A stretch of 64,000 nt of DNA from Camelus ferus (taxonomy: Eukaryota), in assembly GCF_009834535.1 (NCBI RefSeq), contig NC_045696.1, positions 124,001 to 188,000 of the forward strand. Reading direction: 5' to 3'. The notes below the pieces were generated by a model, which saw nothing but the letters and a program-made list of their open reading frames with translations, was not told the DNA's origin and ran no database searches. A program made the translations under genes and the position numbers. The number at the start of each line of letters is the position of its first letter. Within the stretch, counting starts at the first letter, position 1. Below, piece by piece: positions 62,576-64,000 of this stretch.

Positions 62576-64000
62576 CTGTGAGATTGGTTTTTTCAAGTGG
62601 TTTTCTTCCTTCTGATGCTGAAACACAATGTTAGGGGCAAAGGAGCTTGATGCTGCCAAGGATGGACCAGAGTAAGGAGAAGTCGGAGCTGGGCACAGTT
62701 TGTTGCCCTCTGTCTCCCTGGGCTAACAGCCCCTAACAAACCTGGTAATGGAATTTCCAGTCATTCGTTCATGGCAGGAGGAGGTGGGGCAGGGGAGGAC
62801 CGGGATCCTTTCAGCACCGTGGACATCTCCAAGCCAGCGCCATACACCCAGGTAGCTCTGCTCTGTATGCGTGATCCTGGTAGAAATTACATCTGGGCTC
62901 AGACGTTGTTAGTTTTCCATTCCAGGCTCCATGCCAGTGGCCCATCTGGCTGGGCTGTGGCCATGTACTTGCCACGGAGCTCGGGAGGCCAGCCCTGGGG
63001 TTGGTCAGCACTTGGCAGCAGCAGGAAATGTGACACGAGCCACAAGAAGGGGGCTTATAGGAGGGTCTCAGCTACAAGCCGAGTCACTGGGCTTTGAGTT
63101 ACCGCTCCACAAGTGGCTCCTTTCCTGGAAAATTTACTTGTGGGGCAGCCTTCTCGGTCAACTCAGAGCTTCAAAAATGTCTAGTTTGATTTGGTGTGAA
63201 CTAATGTAGTATGACGGGACCTAATTTGATCCTATTGACTTTGAGGAGGCTGAATTAGCTACTGTCCAGCCCTATTTCCAAAACGCACAAATATTGCCAA
63301 AAAGGAGACCCCGTGAGGTCAGGCAGCCCTGCACTGGAGGCCTGGTCTCTGGTGCAGCTCCTTGCAGACTGAAGACCTGGCATGCAGTTTGCAGAGATCA
63401 CTGATGCCCTTGCTCCTTGGATGGTGAGAAAGACACCAGCTGGAGTCACAGCTCCAAGAACGTGGTACAGACCGTGGGAAACCCCTTGTCCCACCGGGGC
63501 CAAGGCATGCATGTCTGCACGATCGGGCCACGGCTCAATGAACAATAATGCAATAATGTCTCCTGGACCCAAGGAAGCAGCCCAGACACGCCCTTGCCCT
63601 GTCTGCTGGGCTTCTGATTTCTCAGATCTGATGCTCACAGTTCTGGTCTCTTCCTCTGGTCAGCGCTGCCAGCAAGCCTTTCCTGCAACAGTAAATGCCT
63701 CCTGCCTTCCCATCTCTGGGCTCCAAATTCACAACACTATGTTGAATATCAAGGGTGGTAGAGGCATCCTTGCCCAGTTTAAGATCTTATGGAAAAGTGT
63801 CTTAATAGGTCATCACTCAGCTGTTGATGGACACTTAGGAAGCTCCCATATCTCAGCTATTGCAAATAATGCTGCTATGAACAAACACCCTGACACTCAT
63901 ATTCTCAGAGGGACTCCAAATATAATGCTATCCTTTAGGATTAGGCTGGCCTGAGATGGGTGATATCGGGTGTAAAATATGCACTTAGCATACAATCCAT

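Noticed and set aside
63382..63954. 190-aa ORF
   Set aside because: No recognisable domain, and its 3' part runs through an antisense L1 fragment (GTTGATGGACACTTAGG...GCTATTGCAAATAATGCTGCTATGAACA).

Overview
Placental-mammal genomic DNA (MIR, MER58A-, Tigger3-, L1- and ERV-LTR-like relics, a U1 snRNA retrocopy). It consists of four contigs joined by exact 100-N gaps, so adjacency between them is not demonstrated. (1) 1-4067: about 1.8 copies of a strongly diverged ~2.2-kb tandem unit. (2) 4168-28816: AT-rich ~247-bp satellite organised as a 15-monomer higher-order repeat (HOR, three diverged pentamers) with 3- and 5-monomer variants, centromere/pericentromere-like. (3) 28917-38567: GC-rich ~3.68-kb macrosatellite made of two diverged ~1.84-kb subunits. 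Each subunit is a CpG-rich block carrying five regularly spaced, partly palindromic, CTCF-like 27-mers, plus a GGAGG/TCTA/TG simple-sequence block. (4) 38668-64000: repeat-rich euchromatin-like DNA with an orphan CpG-island promoter, an LTR rich in CCAAT and octamer sites, an old ~7.8-kb duplication whose copies differ by datable insertions, and several solo LTRs. I recognise no protein-coding gene; the ORF track appears spurious. Repeat family names come from memory of consensus sequences, and identities were estimated by eye, not computed.
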